From a virus (taxonomy: Duplodnaviria; Heunggongvirae; Uroviricota; Caudoviricetes): a stretch of DNA of 36,128 bases. The DNA is taken from positions 1 through 36,128 of the IMG/VR virus record IMGVR_UViG_2778261667_000013. One strand, written 5' to 3'. The notes under the pieces were generated by a model. That model saw only the letters and a program-made list of their open reading frames with translations, did not search any database and was not told the DNA's origin. Below, in pieces: positions 35,859-36,128 of the stretch (the first letter of the stretch is position 1; every line of letters starts with the position of its first letter). A program made the translations under genes and the position numbers.

Positions 35859-36128
35859 TTACACCGCTATTTGCGATGTCTCATGCAAATAGCGACTTGG
35901 CCAAATCACATCAGGCGTTACGCCAACAGCCTGGGCAATTACCTGTTCGTATTTGGAGCACGGTCGATAAAACACATTCCGCATGGAACCGGGTTTCAAT
36001 CCCTGTGCTTTTTCCAGCGAGGGTAAATCAATCCCTTTATTTTTTAACGCCGTTTGAATCGCCATTGCTGACCAGTCATGACCGCGACGAACAAACAGGT
36101 CGGTTAGATCTTGTCTCAACAACTGCAT
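35859..36128 (-). CDS. ner: Ner-like DNA-binding regulator (start at window edge)
   Basis: C-terminal region ...AQAVGVTPDVIWPSRY... matches the Ner/Nlp family motif (EVIWPSRY); ORF reaches the last base of the window so the true start may lie outside. Confidence 0.75.
   Translation of the reverse strand: MQLLRQDLTDLFVRRGHDWSAMAIQTALKNKGIDLPSLEKAQGLKPGSMRNVFYRPCSKYEQVIAQAVGVTPDVIWPSRYLHETSQIAV

Larger units (their letters stand above)
1..36128 (-). mobile_element. Mu-like transposable prophage, internal segment (both ends outside window)
   Basis: Mu-colinear gene order on minus strand: ner, A (DDE transposase), B (AAA+ ATPase), early accessory ORFs, Mor/C activator, lysis, terminase, portal, F, G, I, T, sheath, tube, tape measure, N, P, baseplate, tail fibres. 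No repressor, ends or invertase in window. Confidence 0.9.

Noticed and set aside
1-36128. CRISPR arrays, tRNA/rRNA genes, IS elements or integrase
   Set aside because: No regularly spaced short direct repeats, no tRNA-like cloverleaf candidates, no IS-type inverted repeats and no tyrosine/serine recombinase ORF noticed; consistent with a transposition-based (integrase-less) Mu-like phage.

Overview
The whole 36.1 kb window is the interior of a Mu-like transposable prophage, with every credible gene on the minus strand. Read right to left it runs: Ner-like regulator (35859..36128, at the window edge), MuA-like DDE transposase, MuB-like ATPase, a ~5.7 kb early accessory region of about 17 mostly unassignable small ORFs, a GemA-like protein, one Mor/C-family activator bracketed by two intrinsic terminators, a lysis cassette, terminase small and large subunits, portal, F, G, protease/scaffold I, major head protein, the sheath/tube/chaperone/tape-measure/N/P/baseplate block, and two tandem tail-fibre plus chaperone modules. 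The repressor and left end lie beyond the right edge and the invertase/mom end beyond the left edge, so the insertion site and target duplication cannot be seen. No rRNA, tRNA, CRISPR array or IS element was recognised. The best candidates for something undescribed are in the early accessory region: a two-gene module of unassignable proteins flanked by near-identical direct repeats (~30.2-31.35 kb), a translationally coupled four-gene cluster led by a DUF2786-like protein, and a trio of small signal-peptide/acidic proteins next to a 26 bp perfect palindrome. All functional calls rest on reading the translated ORFs against remembered protein families, with no database search run; hand-derived motif coordinates may be off by 1-2 nt.
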